This document shows, one piece after another, positions 44,800 through 55,074 of a stretch of 64,000 bases of DNA. The position numbers and the translations under genes are program-made. Below the pieces are notes generated by a model. That model made no database searches. It had not been told where the DNA came from and saw nothing but the letters and a program-made list of their open reading frames with translations. The DNA lies in assembly GCA_017650925.1 (NCBI GenBank), contig JAGCDY010000063.1:1729-65728 (forward strand). The letters are read 5' to 3'. How positions within the stretch are numbered: position 1 is the stretch's first letter; every line of letters starts with the position of its first letter. The DNA comes from a bacterium. Lineage in GTDB: Bacteria; Auribacterota; UBA3054.

Positions 44800-45981
44800 T
44801 TAACGGTTTTTGGAGAGGTAGCGCCAGTAGGCCATGAGGCTCTTGGGGTCATCGGTGACTTTCGAGAGGTCCTTTAGGGGGATTATCTCCACCCTGATCT
44901 TTTCGTTCTCGTCGGGGCAGCCGCAGATCCTTCCTTTGATGGATTCGAGCGCTTCTTTTGTCAGGTCTATTTCAGCTGAGAAGAGGAAGATTATCTCGTC
45001 GCTGATGCCGTAGGTAGGGAAGAAGCCTCCGAGGTCGGTCACGTTTTCCTTGGGGATGTCTATTCCGGTCTCTTCTTTCACTTCCCTTATGGCGGTGGTC
45101 AGTTTGTCGGTGGAGTCGTCGAGCATGCCGGCGGGGATCTCTTTCGTTTCGTAGAGGCCGGCGGCGAATCTGGGCTGGCGGACGATGACGGTGTATTTTT
45201 CTCCTTCGCAGTTGATGACGATCAAAACGGCGGAGGCGTCGCCGCGGAGAAGGACCGCGCCGGGGACCTGGCGGCCTTCCTGGTCGAAGGCTTTGACGAA
45301 GAGCTTGGCGAAGAGGAGACCTCCGTTATGGCGCCTGTCGACGGCTTGGACTCTTATTTCCTCTATTTTGAAGCGCTGGTCCATCCTCTTGATCCAGTTG
45401 GCGTACTGCAGGGAGGTGCGGACCATCTCTATGTCATCCGGGGCGCCTTTCCAGATGAAGCTGTCGAAGGAGAGCTCAGTTTCGATGTTAGGCTTTTCCA
45501 GCTGGTCGATCCATTTTTTCACCCAGACGTATAAGGGCTGCTTGAAGCCGACCACGAGGGGATAGAAAGCTTCCCAGGTCTGCCATTTGAAGTCGCTGAA
45601 TTCCTTTTGGAAATCTTCGCTTTCCATGGCCAGTTTTTTGGCCTCTTCGTCCGCTCCCTTGTAGCGGAAGAGGAACCATTTCTGGGTCTGGCCGCGGTAG
45701 CCGAAGAAGGTCGGCCTGGTCCTGGGGACTTCGTAGGTTAGCCAGACGGGGGTCTCGGCCACTAGCTCTACGTGCTCTTCAGTCAGACCGGTCTCTTCCC
45801 TGAGTTCGCGCCAGGCGGCGTCGCGGGGCGTTTCGCCGCTGTCGATGCCGCCCTGGGGCCACTGCCAGGAGCCTTTGAAATTCAGCCTTTCTCCCGTCCA
45901 GAAAAGGCCTTTGCCGTTCATGACGACAAGGCCGACGTTCGGTCGGAAAGCGTTGTTTATAGGTGTCATTTGAGTACGCAT
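44800..45981 (-). CDS. Tandem-NUDIX protein: RppH-like N-terminal domain plus ADP-ribose-pyrophosphatase-like C-terminal NUDIX domain
   Basis: N-terminal RPNVGLVVMN...WQWPQGGIDSGETPRDAAWRELREETGL (Nudix box) and RppH-like blocks PVWLTYEVP and GQTQKWFLF. A second Nudix box follows (GMLDDSTDKLTTAIREVKEETGI). Confidence 0.65.
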   Translation of the reverse strand: MRTQMTPINNAFRPNVGLVVMNGKGLFWTGERLNFKGSWQWPQGGIDSGETPRDAAWRELREETGLTEEHVELVAETPVWLTYEVPRTRPTFFGYRGQTQKWFLFRYKGADEEAKKLAMESEDFQKEFSDFKWQTWEAFYPLVVGFKQPLYVWVKKWIDQLEKPNIETELSFDSFIWKGAPDDIEMVRTSLQYANWIKRMDQRFKIEEIRVQAVDRRHNGGLLFAKLFVKAFDQEGRQVPGAVLLRGDASAVLIVINCEGEKYTVIVRQPRFAAGLYETKEIPAGMLDDSTDKLTTAIREVKEETGIDIPKENVTDLGGFFPTYGISDEIIFLFSAEIDLTKEALESIKGRICGCPDENEKIRVEIIPLKDLSKVTDDPKSLMAYWRYLSKNR

Positions 45982-46071
45982 AAGGCCATTATAGCATAAG
46001 CGCTTTTGGTTTTACATTTGTTCACGTTTTATAATATAATATAAAATACAATCAATATTATTAAGGGTATT

Positions 46072-46998
46072 ATGATCCAAGTCAAGGAACTTGTTAAGAC
46101 CTACGCCGATCTGGTGGCCGTGGATCACGTCTCCTTCAATGTGGAAAAAGGGGACGTTGTGGGCCTTTTGGGGCCCAACGGAGCCGGAAAGACGACTACC
46201 ATGAAGATCCTGACCTGCTTCATGCCGGCGACTTCCGGCGTGGCCAAGGTCGCCGGACACGACGTTTTCAAGGAGTCGCTGGAAGTCAGAAGGCACATCG
46301 GCTACATGCCGGAGAACGTTCCCCTCTACACCGACATGCGCGTGGTGGAATTCCTCGCTTACAGGGGAAGGCTGAAAGGCCTCAAGGGGCAGGAGCTGAT
46401 AAACCGCATCAACTGCGTCATAGACGCCTGCGAACTTGGTCAGGTCAGGACAAGGATAATAGAGCAGTTAAGCAAAGGCAACAAGCAGCGCGTAGGATTG
46501 GCGGACGCCCTGATAGGGGATCCGGACATCCTGATATTGGATGAGCCTACGATCGGTCTGGATCCGAACCAGGTCAGGAAGGTCCGCGAACTGATCAGGG
46601 AAATAGGCCGGGACAGGACGGTCATACTTTCCACGCACATCCTTCCGGAAGTCGAGATGGTCTGCGAGAAGGTCATCATCATGTACAAAGGGAAGATCGT
46701 GGCCGAAGACTCGATGTCGAATCTTAGAAGCGGCAACAAGAAGCGCTACGTGGTCGAGATCTTCGCTCCCAAAGCGGAAGTGGAAAGGGCTCTGCTTGAC
46801 GTCAAGGAAGCCTATGAGATAAGGACTTCGGAATCGGAAGGCTGGGTCAGGGCTGAGATGCTTTCCCGTCTGCCCGAGGAAAACATTTCGGAAAAGATCT
46901 TCACGGCTCTCCAGAAACCGAATTGGAAGATCAGGCTTCTTACGACCGTGATGCCGACGCTGGAAGATATTTTTGTGGAAATGACGACTAAACATTAA
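46072..46998 (+). CDS. ABC transporter ATP-binding protein (GldA-like, ABC-2 type)
   Basis: Walker A GPNGAGKTT, ABC signature LSKGNKQRV, and Walker B ILILDEPT. Confidence 0.8.
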   Translation: MIQVKELVKTYADLVAVDHVSFNVEKGDVVGLLGPNGAGKTTTMKILTCFMPATSGVAKVAGHDVFKESLEVRRHIGYMPENVPLYTDMRVVEFLAYRGRLKGLKGQELINRINCVIDACELGQVRTRIIEQLSKGNKQRVGLADALIGDPDILILDEPTIGLDPNQVRKVRELIREIGRDRTVILSTHILPEVEMVCEKVIIMYKGKIVAEDSMSNLRSGNKKRYVVEIFAPKAEVERALLDVKEAYEIRTSESEGWVRAEMLSRLPEENISEKIFTALQKPNWKIRLLTTVMPTLEDIFVEMTTKH

Positions 46999-47004
46999 GG
47001 TTAT

Positions 47005-47745
47005 ATGCGAAATTTCAGAACACTTTTCAGAAGGGAGCTGGCGACCCTCTACTACACGCCGACGAGCTACGTCGTCATGTGCGTGTTTCTGATCGTGGTC
47101 GGCTGGCTCTTCTGGATCCTGGTCAACTATTTGAACGCGCCCAGCAAGCCCATTGACGCTAACGTCTTCGGGTATCTGTTCGGCGGAACTTTCATCTATT
47201 GGATGGTGGTGGCGGCCGTCACCTCGGCCCTTACGATGCGTTCTTTCTCCGAGGAGTACAGGAGCGGGACGATTGAGATGCTGATGACGACGCCCGTGAC
47301 GGACACGCAGGTCGTATTGTCGAAGTTCGCGGCGGCCCAGGCCTTCCTTATGATCATGTGGATACCGACGCTTGTCTACGTCTATATCCTTTCGCGTTTC
47401 ACTACCGTGGACTACGGCGTGGTCCTGGCGGGGTATCTGGGCACTTTTTTATTGAACTGCATGCTGACGAGCCTGGGGATCATGATCTCCTCAACGAACA
47501 GAAGCCAGTTCGTTTCCTTCTTCGTGACCTTCATCGGGATCCTGATGCTCTTTTCCCTGAACTTCATGCAGGACGTCGTCAGCAACCGCTGGAGAGTCGT
47601 TTACCGTTACGCTTCCGTTCTCGAGCAGTTCAACCCCTTCACCAAGGGCGTCATCAGTTCGACAAGCGTCATCTATTTCGTAAGCATCACGCTCTTCCTC
47701 TTGTTCTGCACCATCAAGAGCGTGGAATCCAGGAAGTGGAGATGA
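47005..47745 (+). CDS. ABC-2 family permease (GldF-like)
   Basis: Six TM helices. It sits immediately downstream of the ATPase and has the GldF-like size of 246 aa. Confidence 0.6.
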   Translation: MRNFRTLFRRELATLYYTPTSYVVMCVFLIVVGWLFWILVNYLNAPSKPIDANVFGYLFGGTFIYWMVVAAVTSALTMRSFSEEYRSGTIEMLMTTPVTDTQVVLSKFAAAQAFLMIMWIPTLVYVYILSRFTTVDYGVVLAGYLGTFLLNCMLTSLGIMISSTNRSQFVSFFVTFIGILMLFSLNFMQDVVSNRWRVVYRYASVLEQFNPFTKGVISSTSVIYFVSITLFLLFCTIKSVESRKWR

Positions 47746-47749
47746 TCTT

Positions 47750-49195
47750 ATGAAAGAGACGATCTTGAGAAGACTGACTTACGGCGCCAACGTCGGCATA
47801 GGCATAATTTTGGCTTTCATCCTCGTTGTTTTGGCGAACGCTTTGGCCGCCAAATATCCGAGGCGTTACGACTTCATCCAGAAGCAGGATCTCTACAAGC
47901 TTTCCGAGAAGACCCTGAACGTTCTTAAAGAACTGCAGACTCCCGTGGAGTTCTACGTTTTCGGCAATCCCCAGAATTCCGAGCTTTACCCGAAGGTCAA
48001 GCGCCTCATAGACCAGTATTGCGACGCCAGCTCGAAGGTGACCTGCATACTGGCGGACGATTACATTTTGAGGGACCCCGGCAAGATCCAGAAGATCAGG
48101 GACCAGTTCAACGTGACCGACTGGGACACTGTCATAGTGAAAGTGGGCGAGGAGACGAAGGAGCTCAAGGAAAACGACATGGGCGACTTCAAGTTCGAGC
48201 ACAACTACTACGACTACGGACAGAAGAAGAAGCTCGTCCTCTTCAAGGCCGAGCAGGCTCTGACCTCCGCCATTCTTGAGCTTCAGAACCCCGAGCAGAA
48301 GCACGTCTATTTCACGGTCAACCACGGCGAGAGGAGCATCCTCAGCAAAGACGACCGCAACTATTCGATAGTGAAGGAATACCTCGAAAGGGACCGCGTT
48401 CTCTGCGCGCCTCTTGAACTCTTCAGACTCTCCGATATGACGGAGACGAACTGCGATCTCCTCGTGGTGGCCGGACCTACGAGGGATTTCCTGGAGGAGG
48501 AAATCGAGGTCCTTCGCCGCTACATCATGAGCGGCGGGCGAGCCCTCATTCTTATGGATCCGAATTCGGACTGCGCGAGCATTCCGAAACTTCTGGCCTC
48601 CTGCAATGTCAACGTGGGAGACGACGTGACGGTCGACCCGACGACCAGGATCGCCGGAACGGGCTGGTTCGATCTGGTGATCCCGACTTACGCCGGGCAT
48701 GAGATAACCAAAAATCTCGATTCCCTGAGCATTTTCTATATGGCGCGCTCCGTTACGGAGATCAATCCCGAAAACCAGGATTACCTCGTGTCACCCTTCC
48801 TGCAGACTACTTCCGACGGCTGGGGCGAGACCAAGTATCACGGCACTTCCTATCACTACGACGAGAAGACCGACTTGGGCGGGCCGGTCAGCATCGGCGT
48901 GGCCGTTGAGAACAGGCGTACCGGGCTGAGGATGGTCGTGATAGGCGACGCCGATTTCGCGGACAATTTCTACGCTGAGCGTCCTATATCGAACCGCGAC
49001 ATCTTCCTGAACGCCTGCAACTGGGCCATGCAGAGGGAGTATCTGGTCTCCATCGGTCCGAAGACGATCCAGGAGATCAGGAGCCTGAAGCTGAACCGCA
49101 AGCAGATCTCGCTCATCAGGACTTTGGTCATAATACTGGTGCCGGCTCTGGCGCTTTCCCTGGGGCTTCTCGTTTACGCCCGCCGCCGCCAATAA
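47750..49195 (+). CDS. ABC-transporter auxiliary component (GldG-like, ABC_transp_aux)
   Basis: N-terminal and C-terminal TM anchors around a large periplasmic domain of GldG-like size. Gene order is the usual gldA-F-G. Confidence 0.6.
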   Translation: MKETILRRLTYGANVGIGIILAFILVVLANALAAKYPRRYDFIQKQDLYKLSEKTLNVLKELQTPVEFYVFGNPQNSELYPKVKRLIDQYCDASSKVTCILADDYILRDPGKIQKIRDQFNVTDWDTVIVKVGEETKELKENDMGDFKFEHNYYDYGQKKKLVLFKAEQALTSAILELQNPEQKHVYFTVNHGERSILSKDDRNYSIVKEYLERDRVLCAPLELFRLSDMTETNCDLLVVAGPTRDFLEEEIEVLRRYIMSGGRALILMDPNSDCASIPKLLASCNVNVGDDVTVDPTTRIAGTGWFDLVIPTYAGHEITKNLDSLSIFYMARSVTEINPENQDYLVSPFLQTTSDGWGETKYHGTSYHYDEKTDLGGPVSIGVAVENRRTGLRMVVIGDADFADNFYAERPISNRDIFLNACNWAMQREYLVSIGPKTIQEIRSLKLNRKQISLIRTLVIILVPALALSLGLLVYARRRQ

Positions 49196-49204
49196 GGATA
49201 AAGC

Positions 49205-51016
49205 ATGAAATTTAAAACCACGATACTTTTACTCATACTGGTGCTGGCGGTGGGCGGCTACGTCTGGTTCGTCGACCGCTTCAAACCCTCGACCGCCGAG
49301 CTTAAGCAGACCGAGAAAAGAGTTCTGCAGGACTTCCGCCCCGAACTGATCACGAGGATCACGATAGACAGGCAGATCAGGGAGAACGAGACCGGCAAAG
49401 TCCTGAAGCTTGAAAGATACGAGCTTGAAAAGGAGATGCTGGGCTGGAAGCTGATGAAGCCGGTGAACTTCCCGGTAAACACTCCCTTGGTGCGCCAGAT
49501 ACTGGACAACTTGAAGAAGGTCGACCAGAACCGTTTCATATCAGGCAGCGAATACGAGAACATCAACCGCGACGCGACCGGCTTGAACGCCCCGGACATC
49601 GTGGCTACCTTCGAGACGCCGCAGACCTCCGTCGTCCTGCGCGTGGGCGCGCAGGTCCCCCTGGGCTGGGAATACTACGCCGAATTGAAGGGCAAGCGCC
49701 AGGCTTATTTTATTCCGAACCAGATGCGCGACATCCTCTGCTTCGAGACCGACAGCTCCGAGAAGGACGTCAGGCGCAGGAGAGTTTTTGACGTCGCGCC
49801 CGAATACGTGAACGCCGTGCAGCTTTCCATCGGCGGAAGCGAGATAGACTTGAGGAAAGGCAAAGACATCCTCAGCTGGTACACCCAGACTCCCATATAC
49901 GACAGGGCCGACGACAAGCTTATCGGCGAAATGGTCAAGAAATTGTCCAAGGTCGATGTGCTGGCGTATATCGAGCAGCCTAAGGAGAAGGTCGACTTCA
50001 AGTATTCCGTGGCGCTGGTGCAGAGGGAGAATTCGCAGCGGCTCCAGATAAGCGACGTCATAACGGAAGTGGACGAATGGGATGAGACCAACCGCTTCTG
50101 CTACGCGAGGAGAGCCGAATACGGCCAGTTCTTCACGCTGCATCCTGACGTACTGGATTCCTTCGTTCCCGACGTCGACCACTACCGCGCCAAGACGCTC
50201 ATAGCGCCGGGCGTTTTCGACGATATCTGCGAGCTGGAAATAACAAAGGACGGGAAGACCATGAACTTCTCCTATGACAAGCAGCAGGGGAAGTGGGACG
50301 TTTCTAATATGCTATCCACAACGCTGAAAGACGAGATGGCCATCGAGGACTACGTCTTTTTGTGGACGGACATGCCCGTCGCGCGTTTCGCCGGAGCGGA
50401 GGAGGCCAGGGAGGCCTTGAAGGAAAAATCGTTTGAACTCAAGGTCCGTTATCAGGACAGGGACGAATATGAGAATTACGTTCTCTCGGCCCCCAAGGAC
50501 GGACTGATGTTCATGGAGCGCATGACGAACGTCTTCGTGGCCGTGAAATCCGACAGCGTCGAAAAGCTTTACACCACGAACTCGTTCCGCTTCCTGACGA
50601 GGGAGGCCATGAACATTCCGGAAAACGAAGTCGAAAGGATAGAGCTTGAGACGCCGGAAACGTCCGTCGCGCTCAGCTACGGCACGAATTTCTGGATGGC
50701 CACGGAAAACGACAAGTCGCGCCAGATCCTGCCAAGGGTAAGGGACGAAGTTGCCAGCCGCATGCCCGTCCTCATCGACCATTACGTCAAGGAGTGCTCA
50801 GAGCTCGACCTGCCGGCTTACGGTTTGGACAAGCCGTTTTTGAAGGTGACGTTCGTTTTGAAAAACGGCGAGAGCAAATCCATCTCGCTTGGCAATGAAG
50901 CCGAACCGGGACGCTATGCCATGCTGGGGGAACAGCCCTACATCTTCGTCGTGAACAAGGAGACCGCGCTCTCCCTGGAACAGTTCATAGAATTAGCCAG
51001 AATTTATCGTGAATGA
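49205..51016 (+). CDS. DUF4340-like exported or anchored protein
   Basis: N-terminal TM helix and 603 aa of repeated beta-rich modules. Its position directly after the gldG-like gene is the usual one for DUF4340 partners. Confidence 0.45.
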   Translation: MKFKTTILLLILVLAVGGYVWFVDRFKPSTAELKQTEKRVLQDFRPELITRITIDRQIRENETGKVLKLERYELEKEMLGWKLMKPVNFPVNTPLVRQILDNLKKVDQNRFISGSEYENINRDATGLNAPDIVATFETPQTSVVLRVGAQVPLGWEYYAELKGKRQAYFIPNQMRDILCFETDSSEKDVRRRRVFDVAPEYVNAVQLSIGGSEIDLRKGKDILSWYTQTPIYDRADDKLIGEMVKKLSKVDVLAYIEQPKEKVDFKYSVALVQRENSQRLQISDVITEVDEWDETNRFCYARRAEYGQFFTLHPDVLDSFVPDVDHYRAKTLIAPGVFDDICELEITKDGKTMNFSYDKQQGKWDVSNMLSTTLKDEMAIEDYVFLWTDMPVARFAGAEEAREALKEKSFELKVRYQDRDEYENYVLSAPKDGLMFMERMTNVFVAVKSDSVEKLYTTNSFRFLTREAMNIPENEVERIELETPETSVALSYGTNFWMATENDKSRQILPRVRDEVASRMPVLIDHYVKECSELDLPAYGLDKPFLKVTFVLKNGESKSISLGNEAEPGRYAMLGEQPYIFVVNKETALSLEQFIELARIYRE

Positions 51017-51035
51017 CTACCAAAGGAGTCAAAAC

Positions 51036-53987
51036 ATGAGAAAAGCCATATTCATTCTTTCCTTAGTGAGCCTTTTAAGCTGTTTCGCCAACGCCGAAGA
51101 CATCGTGGGCATGGCGCCGAGAGAGACTTCCGTCGTTGTGCGTACGCAGAAAAATCTGAAATCTTTTTTGCGTATTCCTTCGCCGGGCTTCTGCTATGAC
51201 GAGATGAAATACACGGCCCGCGTCGTCAGTGAGCCGAAGTCTACCATCTTCCAGGTCAGCATGCTGACGCCGACCAACCAGCCTGACAGGATCGTCATGC
51301 CTTACGCCAGGATACTCCGCCCGGACTATACGGAAGTCGCCGCCGACACTTTCACCAACGCGCTTTTCTGGGCCAACGGGCAGATATTGGCGCAGCGTTT
51401 CGTCGTGCCGGAAACGATGAGCCAGTACCTCATAGCGGTGGGTTACGTCGATTACAGGGACGCCAGGCACCGGCATATAAGCGGCGGACCTTACGAGACC
51501 GTCATAGACCAGAAGGGCAGGATAGTCCATCGCGGCGAAGTTTTGAACAAATCGCAGTACAAATCGTCTTTCAGCATCGATTCGGACATTCTCTTCCTGG
51601 ACGACGAGCTCGAGATAAAGGTGACGCAGGACGAAGTCAGGAAGGGCGTCACGAATGTCGTTGAGACTATTTTCAGCTATACGGTCGTGAACCTCGATAC
51701 CGGAAAGATCGTCTTGGACAGCGAAGATGTCCAGAAGCCAGTCATAAAGATGAAGACCCTAGGCAACTATGCAATCGACATCAGAACGTCCAGGAACGGC
51801 AAAACTTTCTGGCACGGCATGAAGGTCTATTGCGTGCTGCCCAGGCTTGAAAGGACCTTCGACCCCTCTTATCTTGGCAAACTCTCCTTGAACGATGGCA
51901 TAATCTGCGGCTCTTCCAACGATCTTCACCAGCTCCAGGACGGCCGCTACTCTCCGGCCGTCAGGGAAAGGATCTCGCAGCGCATCTACTCTTCAGAGAT
52001 CACGAACATCTTCGGCGGCAAGGGCCGCATCATAACGCAAGACAGGGGATACGTTAGCTATGTTCTGGGCGTGAACCTGAAGCTGAACATGCCGTATCTT
52101 CTGGAAATAGAATATCCCGAGGACGCGCCTCGCACGATCGCGGTCTCTGTCAACGGAGGCACTTATTCCCCCTGCGTCCAGTCCGGACACACCCTGCCCT
52201 ACCAGGAGCCCAGTCAGTTCGTCGAACAGATCCAGCTTCCCTTGAACGGCGACGTCAACAAAATGCGTTTCATCGTCTGGGCGGGCGACGACGAGATCAA
52301 AAACGGCTTCAACGTCGCGATCGCCGACCCCGGCGACGTCAATGCGCCATTCAGCAAGAAGCCGCTCGTGCTGAGGATCAACCTTTACTCTTTCCTGACC
52401 ATCGCGGTTCCTCAGATGAAAGAGCATTTCCCCAAGGAATTCCAGCGTTACGTCTGGACGGAAGGGGAGCATATGATGGGCCGCGACGGCGTTTCCTTCG
52501 CGCCTGTTTTGAACAGCCTTTTCTACGGATTGAACTCTTTCTCGCCCCTGGTTCTGGCTTGGAACTCGCACGCCGAAAACAACGGGACGGTGCTATTCCC
52601 GACGGAGCACTTCTCCATCTCTTACAAGACGGAGATCAACGGCGTGGAGTACATGAGCGACCGCAAGGAAGACAACAGCAAGCGTGAAAACTACATCGGC
52701 GCCGCCGCCGATCTTGCGCGCTATCTGAAGATGAGGATCTTCCCGAGGATCGAATACGGCGGCAGCGACAAGCTGAAAGACAAGCAGGCAGTCGACCCTG
52801 ACGGCCGTCCTTACCAGCCCTACATTTACGACAGTTTTTCCGCTCCGCTCTTCGATTCCGTGGACGTGACCTATGACGGCGTTCTGGATGACTGCGTCGG
52901 CATCATAAAGGAAATGGTCAAAGCCATCCCGAACGAATCCCGCGCCAATTTTGAAAATCTCATAATGAGGCAGCGCGCCAACTTCACGCCGATTTCTTAC
53001 AGCGACAACGCCCTTAAGCTTTACGCTAAGGAAAAAGGCCTCTCCGTTCCGGAAAGCGACTTGCGCAACGAAGTGGTGATGAAGCGCCAGGACGATTACA
53101 AGGTCTGGTACCAGAACAAGAAGTACGCCTTCTTCTCCAAGGTGAACGAGGCTTACAACAGCCTTTTGAACAGGAAAGGCAGCCTCATCTACTACAACTG
53201 GAGAAAGGGTGGCATGCCTTACGAAGGCCTCTATTATTACGATTCCGCCGCCTGGACTGAGATCAAGAGGGTGAGGGCTCTGCCAGTCGAAGGCTTCCCG
53301 CTTCCCACTATTACGAGCGAGCAATTGACTGAGGCGGTCTCCAAATGGACGAACGACGAGGACGCGCTTCTTAAAGACGTCTTCAATTACGGCCTGACTC
53401 CGGTCTGCCCGGTCTTCGGAACGCTGGCGGCGACCTCACAGAGTTATCACAACCTTTTCCGCAAGGATCCGAATGTCCTGGACATGGCGGTGAAGATCAC
53501 TCCGAACGTTCAGTCGAAGACGCTTGTGCTGGATTTTAATAAAGTTCCCAGCCTGGCCGGCCAGACGATGTACCGCTCCAGGGAATACTCCATGTACGAT
53601 CCTCTTCTGGTCTTCGTCTACGCCAACCCCAAATACCTTGCTTTCGAGCAGTCGCACCAGTCCTGCTTCCCGTTCGCGGAAACGACCAGACGCTTCATGA
53701 TGAACTATCTCGCCCTGCCGCTCGTGCCCTTCGGCGAAGTCAAGCAGGAGGCCGGAGTGCCGCTCAACGTTTATCTCGGCGTTTACAACGGCAGCCCTTA
53801 CATTGCGGTCGTCAACCAGACGCTCAAGCCCGTCTCCGCGAGGGTAAGCCTTCCTCTGGCGGGCGTCAAGCAGCTTAGGCCGCTCGTCACGAAAGAAAAA
53901 CGCCAGCCCTATTTCGTCAAGGAAGACACCATCGAGGTCGATCTGACGCTCCAGCCCATGGAACTCAGGAGCTTCAAGGCGGAATAA
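51036..53987 (+). CDS. Large exported hypothetical protein
   Basis: ATG at 51036 with an AAAGGAG Shine-Dalgarno 7 nt upstream. Signal peptide MRKAIFILSLVSLLSCFANA. About 980 aa. No domain I can name from the sequence. Confidence 0.5.
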   Translation: MRKAIFILSLVSLLSCFANAEDIVGMAPRETSVVVRTQKNLKSFLRIPSPGFCYDEMKYTARVVSEPKSTIFQVSMLTPTNQPDRIVMPYARILRPDYTEVAADTFTNALFWANGQILAQRFVVPETMSQYLIAVGYVDYRDARHRHISGGPYETVIDQKGRIVHRGEVLNKSQYKSSFSIDSDILFLDDELEIKVTQDEVRKGVTNVVETIFSYTVVNLDTGKIVLDSEDVQKPVIKMKTLGNYAIDIRTSRNGKTFWHGMKVYCVLPRLERTFDPSYLGKLSLNDGIICGSSNDLHQLQDGRYSPAVRERISQRIYSSEITNIFGGKGRIITQDRGYVSYVLGVNLKLNMPYLLEIEYPEDAPRTIAVSVNGGTYSPCVQSGHTLPYQEPSQFVEQIQLPLNGDVNKMRFIVWAGDDEIKNGFNVAIADPGDVNAPFSKKPLVLRINLYSFLTIAVPQMKEHFPKEFQRYVWTEGEHMMGRDGVSFAPVLNSLFYGLNSFSPLVLAWNSHAENNGTVLFPTEHFSISYKTEINGVEYMSDRKEDNSKRENYIGAAADLARYLKMRIFPRIEYGGSDKLKDKQAVDPDGRPYQPYIYDSFSAPLFDSVDVTYDGVLDDCVGIIKEMVKAIPNESRANFENLIMRQRANFTPISYSDNALKLYAKEKGLSVPESDLRNEVVMKRQDDYKVWYQNKKYAFFSKVNEAYNSLLNRKGSLIYYNWRKGGMPYEGLYYYDSAAWTEIKRVRALPVEGFPLPTITSEQLTEAVSKWTNDEDALLKDVFNYGLTPVCPVFGTLAATSQSYHNLFRKDPNVLDMAVKITPNVQSKTLVLDFNKVPSLAGQTMYRSREYSMYDPLLVFVYANPKYLAFEQSHQSCFPFAETTRRFMMNYLALPLVPFGEVKQEAGVPLNVYLGVYNGSPYIAVVNQTLKPVSARVSLPLAGVKQLRPLVTKEKRQPYFVKEDTIEVDLTLQPMELRSFKAE

Positions 53988-54365
53988 ATGTCAGAAATCT
54001 GGCGCGATAAGGAGGACGCGAGGAATTTTTCGCCGTCCTGTCTGGTGACGATCATTTTGTTTTTCGTCGCGGTCGCGCTCGGCTTGTTTTTCCTCGCGAA
54101 TTTCGTGACGGAGAAGTGCGGCGACCTTCTGAAGATGACGTACCCTTACGTCTCGCCCTTTTTGGAAAAGGACGTCACGCCTGAGGAAGAGCTGGAGTTC
54201 TCGAACTCTTGGTTCAGCGTTGCCGACAGCATAAGCAGCGATCCCCTTATCCTGACCAACAGCAGAGTCATGATAATAAAGAACGTCGTCCTGGACAGGA
54301 GCGTTTCCAAAGAGGAGATCGCGGAGATGAAAAAACTGGCGGAGAGCTTGAAAGGGAATGAATAA
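53988..54365 (+). CDS. Small membrane-anchored hypothetical protein
   Basis: One TM helix (LVTIILFFVAVALGLFFLANFV). Start adjacent to the upstream stop. Confidence 0.4.
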   Translation: MSEIWRDKEDARNFSPSCLVTIILFFVAVALGLFFLANFVTEKCGDLLKMTYPYVSPFLEKDVTPEEELEFSNSWFSVADSISSDPLILTNSRVMIIKNVVLDRSVSKEEIAEMKKLAESLKGNE

Positions 54366-55074
54366 GTCTTTTTCAGTCCTTTTGCTTTTCGCAGCGTCCG
54401 CCGCTTTCGCGGAAAGCTACTTCACGGTCGACCTTCCGGACAATTGGCAGAAAGTCCCGACCAGCAGCCTCGCCATCTACAACCACGCGGAGGACGCCCT
54501 CAAGAACGAAAAGGTCGGCACCTACAGCGCGGCCTACGAGCGCAAGGCGCTCCTTGACTTCACGCTTCCCTATATCTTGGTCGAGCAGGAGAAACACGCC
54601 CCTTACAGCATAGGGGAGCTTGAGAGTATGGCTTCAGAGATGCCCTCCATCATAAGGCAGGCTTACCTTCCGCTGCACCGCGCCGGAAAGTTCGGGGAGG
54701 TCAAGGTCATGCCCGGGATCTACGACCGCGATCGCAACATGGTCTTCACTTACTACGAGATGGTGAGGGCCAAGCCCAGGGAGGAGATGTTCGCCTTCAC
54801 CGCCTGCTTCCCGAGCAAAGTAGGCCTTGTGAAGCTTCACGGTTTCGGCAAAAAAAGCGACTATGAGAAAAGCATGGAGGAGATGGAACAGATACTGAAC
54901 TCCTTTTCCTTCAGCAGCAATTATTATTACGTTCCTTCCAAAAAAAGCTCAAGGAAACTGAAAGCGCTGCCCGCCGTGTGCATCGGCGCTTTCGTCCTTT
55001 TATACGCCCTGCGCTTCCTGGGAAAGAGGCAGGCGTCCGGAAGGGAACCGTTTTCAAAGAAAGAGAGAACATGA
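54358..55074 (+). CDS. Secreted hypothetical protein with C-terminal TM anchor and basic tail
   Basis: Signal peptide MNKSFSVLLLFAASAAFA. C-terminus LPAVCIGAFVLLYALRFLGKRQASGREPFSKKERT. Confidence 0.45.
   Translation: MNKSFSVLLLFAASAAFAESYFTVDLPDNWQKVPTSSLAIYNHAEDALKNEKVGTYSAAYERKALLDFTLPYILVEQEKHAPYSIGELESMASEMPSIIRQAYLPLHRAGKFGEVKVMPGIYDRDRNMVFTYYEMVRAKPREEMFAFTACFPSKVGLVKLHGFGKKSDYEKSMEEMEQILNSFSFSSNYYYVPSKKSSRKLKALPAVCIGAFVLLYALRFLGKRQASGREPFSKKERT

Noticed and set aside
54358-55074. The C-terminus of this secreted protein considered as a PEP-CTERM exosortase substrate.
   Set aside because: The tail has a TM helix and basic residues, but no PEP motif precedes it (it reads KALPAV...). 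It is treated as a generic C-terminal anchor.
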